A stretch of 64,000 bases of DNA from positions 2,920-66,919 of the forward strand of contig CAYMAN010000005.1 of the NCBI GenBank assembly GCA_964388455.1, given 5' to 3'. The translations under genes were made by a program, and so were the position numbers. Below the pieces are notes generated by a model, which did no database searches, was not told the origin of the DNA, and saw nothing but the letters and a program-made list of their open reading frames with translations. Position 1 is the stretch's first letter; every line of letters starts with the position of its first letter. Below are positions 34,850-43,137 of this stretch, one piece after another. Source of the stretch: an uncultured Eubacteriales bacterium (GTDB lineage Bacteria; Actinomycetota; Coriobacteriia; Anaerosomatales; JAAXUF01).

Positions 34850-35740
34850 CTACGCAAGCCGCTCGCGCAGAAACGCCGAGAACGCCTCGGCTGCGTGGGT
34901 CGGCGTGCCCTTGGGGAGCACGGCGAAGTAGGTACGAATCGCCGGCGGCGTCGCGAGGTCCACGCGCGCGACCGTCCCTAGCGCAAGCGCCTTACCAGCG
35001 ACGTGCGACGAGAGCATCGCGACGCCCAGACCACCCTCGATCGCCGAGACAATCGCCTCACCGGTGCCGAGCTCCACCGCGACACGGAGCTCAGCGGGAT
35101 CGAGTCCGTTCTCGGCCAGGAAGCTCTCGCTGATCTGACGCGTGCCGGAACCGGACTCTCTTGTGACCCAGTTCGCGTCGGCGAGATCGGCCAGCGGCGC
35201 GGCTTTGCGCGTGGCAAGCGGTGAGGACGGCGGGCAGATGACGACCAGTTCGTCGGTGCCGAGTGGAGTGAAGTTGACCTTCGCACCCTTGACGATCGCG
35301 CCGGTCACGCCGAAGTTCGCGCGACCGTTCTCGACGGCCTCGACGACTTCGGTCGTGTCGTGAACGGTGATCGTGACTCCGACCTGCGGGTTCTCGGCGA
35401 GGAAGGGGCCGAGGAGGCGGGGAATCACGTAGACGCCGGGGGTCGTGCTCGCGGCGATGACGAGGCGACCGGTCACGGCTCCGGACAGCGCGGCTATCCC
35501 CTCGCGGGCGCATTCGAGCTCGGCGAGCACCTTGCGCGCGTAAGGCAGCAGCACGCGACCGGCCTCGGTGAGGTCGATGCGGCGGTAGCGACGATCAAGA
35601 AGCGTCGCGCCGGCGTCGGCCTCGAGCGCCTGGACCTGCATGGTGACCGCCGGTTGCGAGATCCCCATCTGGCGTGCCGCCTCCGAGAAGGAGCCGGCGT
35701 CGACGACAGTCACAAACGTACGCAGCTGTGGGATGTTCAT
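34850..35740 (-). CDS. LysR-family transcriptional regulator
   Basis: N-terminal wHTH MNIPQLRTFVTVVDAGSFSEAARQMGISQPAVTMQVQALE, followed by a substrate-binding domain. Confidence 0.9.
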   Translation of the reverse strand: MNIPQLRTFVTVVDAGSFSEAARQMGISQPAVTMQVQALEADAGATLLDRRYRRIDLTEAGRVLLPYARKVLAELECAREGIAALSGAVTGRLVIAASTTPGVYVIPRLLGPFLAENPQVGVTITVHDTTEVVEAVENGRANFGVTGAIVKGAKVNFTPLGTDELVVICPPSSPLATRKAAPLADLADANWVTRESGSGTRQISESFLAENGLDPAELRVAVELGTGEAIVSAIEGGLGVAMLSSHVAGKALALGTVARVDLATPPAIRTYFAVLPKGTPTHAAEAFSAFLRERLA

Positions 35741-35877
35741 AAGGTTCCCGTCAAGCGTGGTTGGCTGTCACTCGAGTCTAGCGCATAAGCGTGCGTTATA
35801 GCTTCCGTTGGGTATACTCTGGGGGCTAGATGCGAACGATTCTCATGTAGTGCACCCGAAATCTTGGAAGGAGACCT

Positions 35878-36327
35878 GTGGCTCCACGTGTCCCGCAGTC
35901 TGCGGAGCCCGGTCGAGACGCGTCGCCGTACGGCGGCGGCCGCGTGACCCCCCAGCGCCGACTGGTTGCCGCGGTGGCCGGCGCATGGTCCGGCGCTTTC
36001 ACTGTGGACGAGCTCGCAGCCGCGGTACGGACCCGCGACCGTGCCGCGAGCGTCGCCACCGTGTATCGCAGCGTCGCCGCGCTGGCCGAGAACGGCTGGC
36101 TGGAGCGCGTCGGCGAGCGCGACGGTGCCGCGCTCTTCACGCGCTGTGCCGCCGGCGCCCACCATCACCATCACGTGGTGTGCGACGGCTGCGGCCGCGT
36201 CGAAGTCGCGGAGTGTCCCGTGAAGCCCGCGGTCTCGGCGAATGTAGCTGGCGGGTTCGTCATCACGCGCCACGAGGTCACGCTGTACGGCCTCTGCCCC
36301 GCGTGCGCCAACGGGACGGTGAGCTAG
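35878..36327 (+). CDS. Fur-family metalloregulator (possibly Ni-responsive)
   Basis: wHTH region ...ASVATVYRSVAALAENGWL. Metal sites HHHHHVVCDGCG and CPAC. GTG start with SD GGAAGGAG. Stop and start are contiguous with the downstream ECF transporter (TAGATG). Confidence 0.75.
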   Translation: MAPRVPQSAEPGRDASPYGGGRVTPQRRLVAAVAGAWSGAFTVDELAAAVRTRDRAASVATVYRSVAALAENGWLERVGERDGAALFTRCAAGAHHHHHVVCDGCGRVEVAECPVKPAVSANVAGGFVITRHEVTLYGLCPACANGTVS

Positions 36328-37128
36328 ATGTCGCACATCCACATCCCGGACGGCGTGCTGCCGCTGTGGCTCGTGGCGCTGGGTTGGCTCGTAACCACGG
36401 TGATCGTCGGCCTGGCCGTGCGTCACGGCTCGCGCGCAGACCTCGGGCGTCGCGTACCGCTGCTCGGCGCCATCGGCGCACTTATGCTGGTGGCGATGTC
36501 GAGCGAGCTCATCCCGATCGCCTATCACGTCAACCTCACGGTGGTCGCCGGCATCCTGCTGGGGCCCTCGCTGTCGGTCGTCGCTGCCGCGATCGTGGTG
36601 ACGCTGCTGGCGTTACTCGGCCATGGCGGGGTCACGGTGATCGGCCTCAACGTGATGGTCATCGCCGCCGAGATGGTCGTGGGATGCCTGCTCTTTCGTG
36701 GCCTGCTGCGTCTTATGGGTCGCCCGCGCGCGTCGTGGGCCGCCGGTGTGGCGACCGTCGTCACACTTGCGCTGACCTCCACGATGCTGGTCGGGATAGT
36801 GTGGCTCGGGGGTGCGGGGGCGGCGACACGCGAGAGCGGCGCGCTCGACCCGTCGACGCTGCGGTTCGAGAGCCCTCTCGCGGGCGGCATCTTCACCAAC
36901 GCCATCGTCGCGCCCGAGACCGAACCAGAGGTCCCGGATGCGCCTCTCTCGGTCGCCCGGTTCGCGCTGATGGTTTACGCGCTGGGGTCCATCGGTTGGG
37001 TGCTGGAGGCAATGATCACCGGCGCGATCGTGGGTTACACCGCCAAGATCCGGCCGTCGCTGGTGTTCGAAGGCGCGACGCGCACCGCAGCCTCTCCCCC
37101 ACCGGGCGATGAGGGGCTGAGCGCCTGA
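36328..37128 (+). CDS. ECF transporter substrate-capture subunit, CbiM/NikM family (Ni or Co)
   Basis: The N-terminus MSHIHIPDGVLP resembles the CbiM/NikM MHIPDG metal-binding N-terminus. Multi-TM protein. Confidence 0.75.
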   Translation: MSHIHIPDGVLPLWLVALGWLVTTVIVGLAVRHGSRADLGRRVPLLGAIGALMLVAMSSELIPIAYHVNLTVVAGILLGPSLSVVAAAIVVTLLALLGHGGVTVIGLNVMVIAAEMVVGCLLFRGLLRLMGRPRASWAAGVATVVTLALTSTMLVGIVWLGGAGAATRESGALDPSTLRFESPLAGGIFTNAIVAPETEPEVPDAPLSVARFALMVYALGSIGWVLEAMITGAIVGYTAKIRPSLVFEGATRTAASPPPGDEGLSA

Positions 37129-37949
37129 TGCGGATCGCAGACGTCGATACGATAGCGGTGCTGGGCGACTCGTCGCTGCACCGCATCGGGGCGCCCACCA
37201 AGCTCGTCGCGTTCGCGTTGGTGCTCTCGGCGGTACTGGTAACCACCAACGTGCTTCTCATCCTGGCGCTCGCACTCGCTCTGATCGCGGTGGTGGTGGG
37301 GCAGCGACTGCCGGCGCGCACGCTGCTGGGCTTCGCGGCGTATCCGGCGCTGTTCGCGGCGCTGTTCGCTTTGGCGACGACCGCGGGGATGCTCGGCGTG
37401 GCGCTGGTGGTTGGTAAGGCGCTGTGCGCGGCGCTCGCTGCGGTGCTGCTGACATTCACGACGCCATACCCCTACATCTTCGCCCCTATTCAGCGTGGGC
37501 TGCCAGCGCTTCTCGGCGATGCGGCGCTGATGACGTATCGCTCACTGTTCCTGCTGCTGGACCGCATGGACAAGACGCTGACTTCGGTGCGGCTGCGAGC
37601 TGGTCGACCGCGGTCGTTCGCCGCGGGAGCGCGGATGGTGACGACTGCGCTGGGCGGTACGCTCTTCTACTCGATCGACCTGTCGCAGCGCACCTATGAC
37701 GTGATGCGACTCCGAGGCTACGAAGGCCGCCTCGCAGTCGCCCCCCAGCCGAGGGGTCCGCTGGTGACGCGCGTGGCGACCGTGGCAATCGCTGCGGGGC
37801 TGCTCGGCGTGTCGGTGCTGTGGCGTGTGGAGTGGGCGCGACTTAACCCGATATCGTGGCTGCCTCCGCTGCTCGCGGCGCTGGTTCTGCTCGGCGCTGT
37901 TGCTGCCCGCGTGACCCGAACCATCCGTAGCCGGAAGGAACGCTCATGA
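37128..37949 (+). CDS. ECF transporter T component (CbiQ/NikQ-like)
   Basis: Hydrophobic protein between the M and O components, with overlapping start and stop. Contains the MRLRGY region typical of the Ala-Arg-Gly-type coupling helices. Confidence 0.7.
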   Translation: MRIADVDTIAVLGDSSLHRIGAPTKLVAFALVLSAVLVTTNVLLILALALALIAVVVGQRLPARTLLGFAAYPALFAALFALATTAGMLGVALVVGKALCAALAAVLLTFTTPYPYIFAPIQRGLPALLGDAALMTYRSLFLLLDRMDKTLTSVRLRAGRPRSFAAGARMVTTALGGTLFYSIDLSQRTYDVMRLRGYEGRLAVAPQPRGPLVTRVATVAIAAGLLGVSVLWRVEWARLNPISWLPPLLAALVLLGAVAARVTRTIRSRKERS

Positions 37950-38842
37950 GCACCACCTGCGATCCCGTGCACACGCATCTCGCGTCTGAGCCGTGCCCCG
38001 ATGACGTCGTGCGCGTCAGCTGCGTGCGCCACGCCTACGAGGACGGCACGCGCGTCGATCTGTGCGGCATGGACTTTGTGGCGCACCGCGGTGCGCGGGT
38101 GGCATTGCTGGGACCCAACGGCTCGGGCAAGACCACCCTGCTCTACCACATCCTCGGCCTGCTCAAGGCGCAGGAGGGCCACGTCAGCGTCTTCGGCCTC
38201 GACCCGGCGACACAGTGGCGCGAGATCCGGGCACGTGTGGGAGTGGTGCTCCAGAACGTCGACGAGCAGATCATCATGCCGACCGTCGCCGACGACGTCG
38301 CGTTCTCGCCGCGCCAGTACGGCCTGCCCGAGGACGAGGTAACCCGCCAAGTGGACCGCGCGCTTGACCTGCTCGGCATCGCCGAACTCGCCGGTCGCGT
38401 GCCGCACCACCTGTCGGGAGGGCAGAAGCGCAAGGTCGCGCTGGCGGGGGCGCTGGTGATGGAGCCGGAACTGCTGGTGCTCGATGAGCCGTTCGAGGGG
38501 CTCGACCCTGCAGCGCGCGGGGCGCTGGTGGAGCTCATCGGCCGGTTGGCGCGTGAGCAGCAGGTGACTGTGGTGATGACGACGCACGACATCGACTCGG
38601 TGTCGGAGCTCGCGGACTTCGCCTACGTGCTGGCCCCGGGCGGCGAGATCGTGCTGCGAGGGACGCCGGCCGAGGTGTTCGCGAACGTGGACGCCATCGC
38701 TGCGAGCAACATCAGGCCGCCGCTGTTGGCGGAGCTGTTCGCGGCGCTGGCCGCCGAGTCGGGCGATGCGCCGGCGCCGGAACTCGATGTCGCGGCTGCA
38801 ACTTCCGCGTTGCTACGCTGGCGGGACGAGACGAGCCGTTAG
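37946..38842 (+). CDS. ECF transporter ATPase (CbiO/NikO-like)
   Basis: Walker A GPNGSGKTT, signature LSGGQKRKVALAGAL, Walker B LVLDEPFEGLD. Confidence 0.85.
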   Translation: MSTTCDPVHTHLASEPCPDDVVRVSCVRHAYEDGTRVDLCGMDFVAHRGARVALLGPNGSGKTTLLYHILGLLKAQEGHVSVFGLDPATQWREIRARVGVVLQNVDEQIIMPTVADDVAFSPRQYGLPEDEVTRQVDRALDLLGIAELAGRVPHHLSGGQKRKVALAGALVMEPELLVLDEPFEGLDPAARGALVELIGRLAREQQVTVVMTTHDIDSVSELADFAYVLAPGGEIVLRGTPAEVFANVDAIAASNIRPPLLAELFAALAAESGDAPAPELDVAAATSALLRWRDETSR

Positions 38843-40056
38843 CCCTGCTCCTCGACGCCCTTCATCTTCACGAGCTCGGCGAAGCTGGCGCCCCACGCCT
38901 GAGCCTCCTCGATGTCCTCGGCAGTGGGTTTGTACTTGCAGGTGAAGTCGGGCTGGGGCATCTCGAAGCCGATCTCTTCGAGCCGCGCCGTCATCTGCTT
39001 GGTGGCGCCGCTCGACCAGCCGTAGCTGCCAAAGGCTCCCGCGAGCTTGTTCTTGGGCTTGAGGCCGGCGATGTACTGCAGGTACGCCGCAGTGCGGTAC
39101 AGCATCCCGTGGTGCAGCGTGGGGCTTCCCAGGAGCAGTGCGCGGCTGTCGAGCAGGTGGCGCGTGATCTCAGCCAGCGGCGTGACGGCGATGTCAAAGA
39201 GCTGGACCTCGACGCCGGCACGAGCGGCGCCGTCGGCGATCTCACGGGCCAGGATGTCGGTCGAGCCCCACATGGTCGAGTACGCGACGACGAGCTTGTC
39301 CTCGGTCTCGCCGGCGGTAAGGCGGTCGTACGCGTCGATGACGGTCGGGACCGAGTCATGACGCCAGATGACGCCGTGGCTCGGCGCGATGGTGGAGCAT
39401 GTCCAGCCGTTCTCGACGACCTTGGAGACGGCCTTGGAAACCTGCGACCCCAGCGGCATGAGGATGTTGGCGTAGTAAGCGGTCAGCTCTTCGACCGCGA
39501 ACGTCAGTCCGACCTCGTCGGCGAATCTGGCCGAGGACGCGAGGTGCTGGCCGAAGGCGTCGTTGGGCATGAGCGTGCACGACTCGGCACAGTACGTGAA
39601 CATCGAGTCGGGCCAGTGAACCATCGGCATCGGGAGAAACTGCAGCGTCTTGCCGCCCAGGTCGATGGTGTCATCCGCGCCGACCGGCGAGACCTGCGAC
39701 GCGATGTCGTCACCGTGGTAGCCGAGGATGCCTCGCACGCCGCCGGCGCTTGCGACGACCTTGGCCTGCGGAAGCGCCTCCATGACAGCGCGGAGCCCAC
39801 TGTTGTGGTCGGGCTCGACGTGGTTGACGACGATGTAGTCGATCTTCTCCAGCGCCACGACGTCCGCGCAACGTTCAAGCAGCTCGGGCACGAACGGCAA
39901 CTTCACCGTGTCGATCAGGGCGACGTGATCATCTCCCACGACGAGGTACGCGTTGTAGGTCGTGCCATGCGGCGTCTCGTAGCCGTGGAAGTCACGGAGG
40001 TTCCAGTCGATCACACCGACCCAGTGAATTCGGTCAGAAACAGGAACAGATTTCAT
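38839..40056 (-). CDS. Flavodiiron protein (FprA-type O2/NO reductase)
   Basis: Metallo-beta-lactamase-like diiron motif VNHVEPDHNSG, plus a C-terminal flavodoxin-like domain (VVAYSTMWGSTD...). Confidence 0.85.
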   Translation of the reverse strand: MKSVPVSDRIHWVGVIDWNLRDFHGYETPHGTTYNAYLVVGDDHVALIDTVKLPFVPELLERCADVVALEKIDYIVVNHVEPDHNSGLRAVMEALPQAKVVASAGGVRGILGYHGDDIASQVSPVGADDTIDLGGKTLQFLPMPMVHWPDSMFTYCAESCTLMPNDAFGQHLASSARFADEVGLTFAVEELTAYYANILMPLGSQVSKAVSKVVENGWTCSTIAPSHGVIWRHDSVPTVIDAYDRLTAGETEDKLVVAYSTMWGSTDILAREIADGAARAGVEVQLFDIAVTPLAEITRHLLDSRALLLGSPTLHHGMLYRTAAYLQYIAGLKPKNKLAGAFGSYGWSSGATKQMTARLEEIGFEMPQPDFTCKYKPTAEDIEEAQAWGASFAELVKMKGVEEQG

Positions 40057-40113
40057 CGCCAGAGGTCCTTCCCTCGGTCATTGCCCACCAGTGGTGTGTA
40101 CCCGAGACGAACG

Positions 40114-41121
40114 CTACGAGTTACGCTTGATGAAGAAGTCCGCCATCGAGCCGAGAAGATCGCGCGCCTTGGTTCTGGGCAGATCGCGTTCGAGCGCGTC
40201 TTTCGCCTGGAGCACCAGTGATTCAGCGTACTCGTTGGCGAAGTCGATGGAACCGGCCTCGCGCATGATCTCAACCGCCTCGTCGAGCACGGTCGAGTCG
40301 GTCTCATGTGCCGAGAGGATCTCGAGCAGACGGTCGCGATGGGCCGAATTGTGCAGCGCGTGCACCGCAACAAGCGTCCGCTTGCCCTCGGCAACGTCGC
40401 TTCGGAAGTCCTTCTTGGTCGCCTCACGTGTGCCGACGAGGTTGAGAACGTCGTCCTGGATCTGGAACGCCAGGCCGGTGCTCATGCCGAATCCGCGCAA
40501 TGCGGTGATCTGCGGCTCAGTGCCGCCGCCGATGATTGCGCCGACCGCAAGCGGCACGGCACCGGAGTAATACGCGGTCTTGTGGTTCGCCATCAGCAGA
40601 TAGTCGTCGACCGAGAGGTCGAAGCGGTTGTCGCGCGCCCATCCGATGTCGAGCGCCTGTCCCTCGATGGTGCGGGTGGTCATCTCGACGAGCTCATGGA
40701 GGACGCGCAGCTTGGTGGCGTCATCGAGACCGGGATCGTCGACGACGGTGCCGGTAACGAGCGACAGCGCGAGGTCGCCCGCGTTGACGGCCAGGCCTTC
40801 ACCCTCGCGAATGTGCAGGCAGGGTTCGCCTCGGCGGGTCTGGGAGGCGTCTTCGATGTCGTCGTGGATGAGTGCAGCGGTGTGGAAGTGCTCGATCGCC
40901 GCAGCCGCTGGCCACGAACGCTTGGGGTCGCCGCCGACGGCCTCGGTTGCGAGCAGACAGATGAGGGGGCGGTGACGCTTACCCGCGTTCTCGGAGAACT
41001 GCGCGAGCGGACCGTAGAGGTAGCGCTTCATGTCCGGGTGGGTTCCGTCGACAAAGAATCTGCCGAGGTAGTCATCGAACTTCTTGGAGTTGAGTTTGAG
41101 GTAGAGCTCGAAACCGATCAT
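40114..41121 (-). CDS. Polyprenyl diphosphate synthase
   Basis: First Asp-rich motif LIHDDIED and second Asp-rich motif FQIQDDVLN. Confidence 0.85.
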   Translation of the reverse strand: MIGFELYLKLNSKKFDDYLGRFFVDGTHPDMKRYLYGPLAQFSENAGKRHRPLICLLATEAVGGDPKRSWPAAAAIEHFHTAALIHDDIEDASQTRRGEPCLHIREGEGLAVNAGDLALSLVTGTVVDDPGLDDATKLRVLHELVEMTTRTIEGQALDIGWARDNRFDLSVDDYLLMANHKTAYYSGAVPLAVGAIIGGGTEPQITALRGFGMSTGLAFQIQDDVLNLVGTREATKKDFRSDVAEGKRTLVAVHALHNSAHRDRLLEILSAHETDSTVLDEAVEIMREAGSIDFANEYAESLVLQAKDALERDLPRTKARDLLGSMADFFIKRNS

Positions 41122-41238
41122 GACCCTCCCCGAAAGGACTGCGGGTGGCAGTCGTGCGAGTATCGTCGGGTGACGGCGCGAGTTGCGACGCCGACGCGTG
41201 CGGTTCGCGCGTAATCGTAGCAGACGAGATGTGTGCGA

Positions 41239-41586
41239 CTACGGCAGAAGCATCCAGCCCCACACAGAACCGCCGCCATAGATCACCAGGAAGGCGACGT
41301 GCTTGATGATGAGTGCGCGGCGCTTCTGTGCGAGTTCAGTGGGCGGAGTGGTCGCGCGCCAGTAGAAGAGTCGCAGGGCACCGGTAACGCTGACGACGAT
41401 CAACGCGCCGATGAGCAACCAGAACACCAGCACCATCGACTCACCGACTGCAGCGGAGGCCTCGGTGGGCATGCCGACAATCTCACTGTTGAGCACCCAG
41501 AGCACCATGAGGCATGCGGCCCAGGTACCCGTGGCCATGTCGTGGAAGAAGTTGTTGGTGATGCGAACGTAGGCGTTATCGAGCAT
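41239..41586 (-). CDS. Small membrane protein (3 TM), unknown function
   Basis: Three hydrophobic segments. Overlaps the fetB stop by 11 nt, so it is probably co-transcribed. Confidence 0.45.
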   Translation of the reverse strand: MLDNAYVRITNNFFHDMATGTWAACLMVLWVLNSEIVGMPTEASAAVGESMVLVFWLLIGALIVVSVTGALRLFYWRATTPPTELAQKRRALIIKHVAFLVIYGGGSVWGWMLLP

Positions 41587-42388
41587 CGTCGCGAAAGCCC
41601 TTCTCGAGGAAGACGCCGTCGGCGGTGAACCGTCGGCGATAGGTCAGTACCAGAGCAAGTACACTGCCCAATGCGGTTGCGGCGGCGACCATCAGCATGA
41701 CGACGATCTGGTAGCCGGTCGCCGTCACAGGATCGGCACCAGCGAGAATCTGGCCGGACATCATGCCGGGGATGAAGACGATGCCCGCTGCGGCCATCGA
41801 GTTGATGGTTGGGATGAGGCCGGCGCGCAGGGCATCTCGGATGGCAGGGTGAGCGGCCTCCCAAGGTGTGGCGCCAAGAGCTGTGAGCGCGAGGACCTCG
41901 CCTTCTCGGCGGTCGAGGTCGGCGAACATGCGCTCGAGCGCCAGCGCGATACCGTTCATGGAGTTGCCGATGACCATGCCGGCGAGCGGAATCACGTACT
42001 GCGGCAGGTACCACGGATCGACCTGGATGATGACGCCCGTGACCGAGAAGGTGACGAGAAACCCGGTGAGCGCCATCGAGACGAATGCGCTGCCGAAGAT
42101 GCCGGGTGGCGCGTCGGGACTGCGCTTGACCAGGATGCGGGCTGCGGCGAGCACCATGAGCAGCACCAGTCCCAGCACCAGCCACGCTGAGTCGATGCCG
42201 AACACCCAGCGCAGCACAAAGCCGAGCGCGAGCAGCTGCACGTAGGTGCGCACGGTCGCGACTGCGAGATCTTTGGTGATGCCGAGCGAGAGCCGAATCG
42301 AGAGCACGCCGACGAAGACGACGAACAGCGTCGCGAGCGCAAGCTGCCACGGACCGATGAGGATGACGCCACCGACGGTATCGGTCAC
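41576..42388 (-). CDS. fetB: FetB/YbbM (UPF0014) putative iron-export ABC permease
   Basis: Close to E. coli YbbM as I recall it: VIPLAGMVIGNSMN...LGATPWEA...IRDALRAGLIPTINSMAAAGIVFIPGMMSGQILAG. Confidence 0.8.
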   Translation of the reverse strand: MTDTVGGVILIGPWQLALATLFVVFVGVLSIRLSLGITKDLAVATVRTYVQLLALGFVLRWVFGIDSAWLVLGLVLLMVLAAARILVKRSPDAPPGIFGSAFVSMALTGFLVTFSVTGVIIQVDPWYLPQYVIPLAGMVIGNSMNGIALALERMFADLDRREGEVLALTALGATPWEAAHPAIRDALRAGLIPTINSMAAAGIVFIPGMMSGQILAGADPVTATGYQIVVMLMVAAATALGSVLALVLTYRRRFTADGVFLEKGFRDDAR

Positions 42389-43062
42389 AGCGACACCTCC
42401 GTCAGCGTCCCGGCTTCGAGACGATAACGCGCGGTGGTGAGGCCGTCGCTCCGGTGATGCCGAACTCGCACGACGGCTCCGCCGGCGTCCGCGAAGTCGC
42501 GGAACAGGACTCCGACCGCATCGGCGGACACATCGTCGAGGGCCGCATCCGGTTCATCGAGCAGTAGAACTCGTGGGCGGGTGAGCAGCACTCGCAGGAG
42601 GGCGACGCGGGCCCGCTGGCCAACGCTCAGTCGGGCGGCGTCGCGATCGAGTGCGACATCGTCGAGTCCAACGCTCTCGAGCGCGGTGATCAGGGCCGCA
42701 TCGGCGGGAGGTGTGTGGCCGTGACGGGCCTTCAGTGTCCAGGGGAGTCGCAGGTTCTCGCCCACGCTGCCCGAGAAGATCGCGGGCTTCTGTGGCAGTA
42801 GTGCGACAGCGGCACGCCACGCAGTCGGAGAGATGCTGGTCGCGGGGATGCCGTCGAGGGTGAGCGAGCCGGTCACCTCGGGGAGCAGGCGAGCCAGAGC
42901 GCGCAGGAGGGTGGTCTTGCCGGACCCCGACGGGCCGGTGACGTCAACGATGTCGCCGGGGGCGATGGCGAGCGAGACACCCTCGAGCCTGCACACGTCT
43001 CGGCCGTCGGCGCGCAGGAGCGCGACGAGGTCGGAGGCGACGAGCAGCGCGGGCTGGGACAT
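42385..43062 (-). CDS. fetA: FetA/YbbL ABC ATPase
   Basis: Walker A GPSGSGKTT, LSVGQRARVALLRVL, LLLDEPDAALD. ATG 43062 (SD GAGGGAG) is preferred over the track start 43104. Confidence 0.8.
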   Translation of the reverse strand: MSQPALLVASDLVALLRADGRDVCRLEGVSLAIAPGDIVDVTGPSGSGKTTLLRALARLLPEVTGSLTLDGIPATSISPTAWRAAVALLPQKPAIFSGSVGENLRLPWTLKARHGHTPPADAALITALESVGLDDVALDRDAARLSVGQRARVALLRVLLTRPRVLLLDEPDAALDDVSADAVGVLFRDFADAGGAVVRVRHHRSDGLTTARYRLEAGTLTEVSL

Positions 43063-43137
43063 ACGGACAGGACTCCCTCGGCGGATGTGGTCGGGCGAGT
43101 CCATGCTACCGCACGTGGCCGGGTCGGGGCCGATTCG

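Noticed and set aside
35785-35799. LysR-type T-N11-A box in the lysR/fur divergent spacer
   Set aside because: It has only 4-bp arms (ATAA/TTAT), which could easily arise by chance. It is mentioned in a finding but not annotated as a feature.
35808-37112. 434-aa plus-strand ORF in another frame over the fur-like and CbiM-like genes
   Set aside because: The translation is extremely Arg-rich. The overlapping frames give a recognisable Fur-family protein and a CbiM/NikM protein with proper SD and start context.
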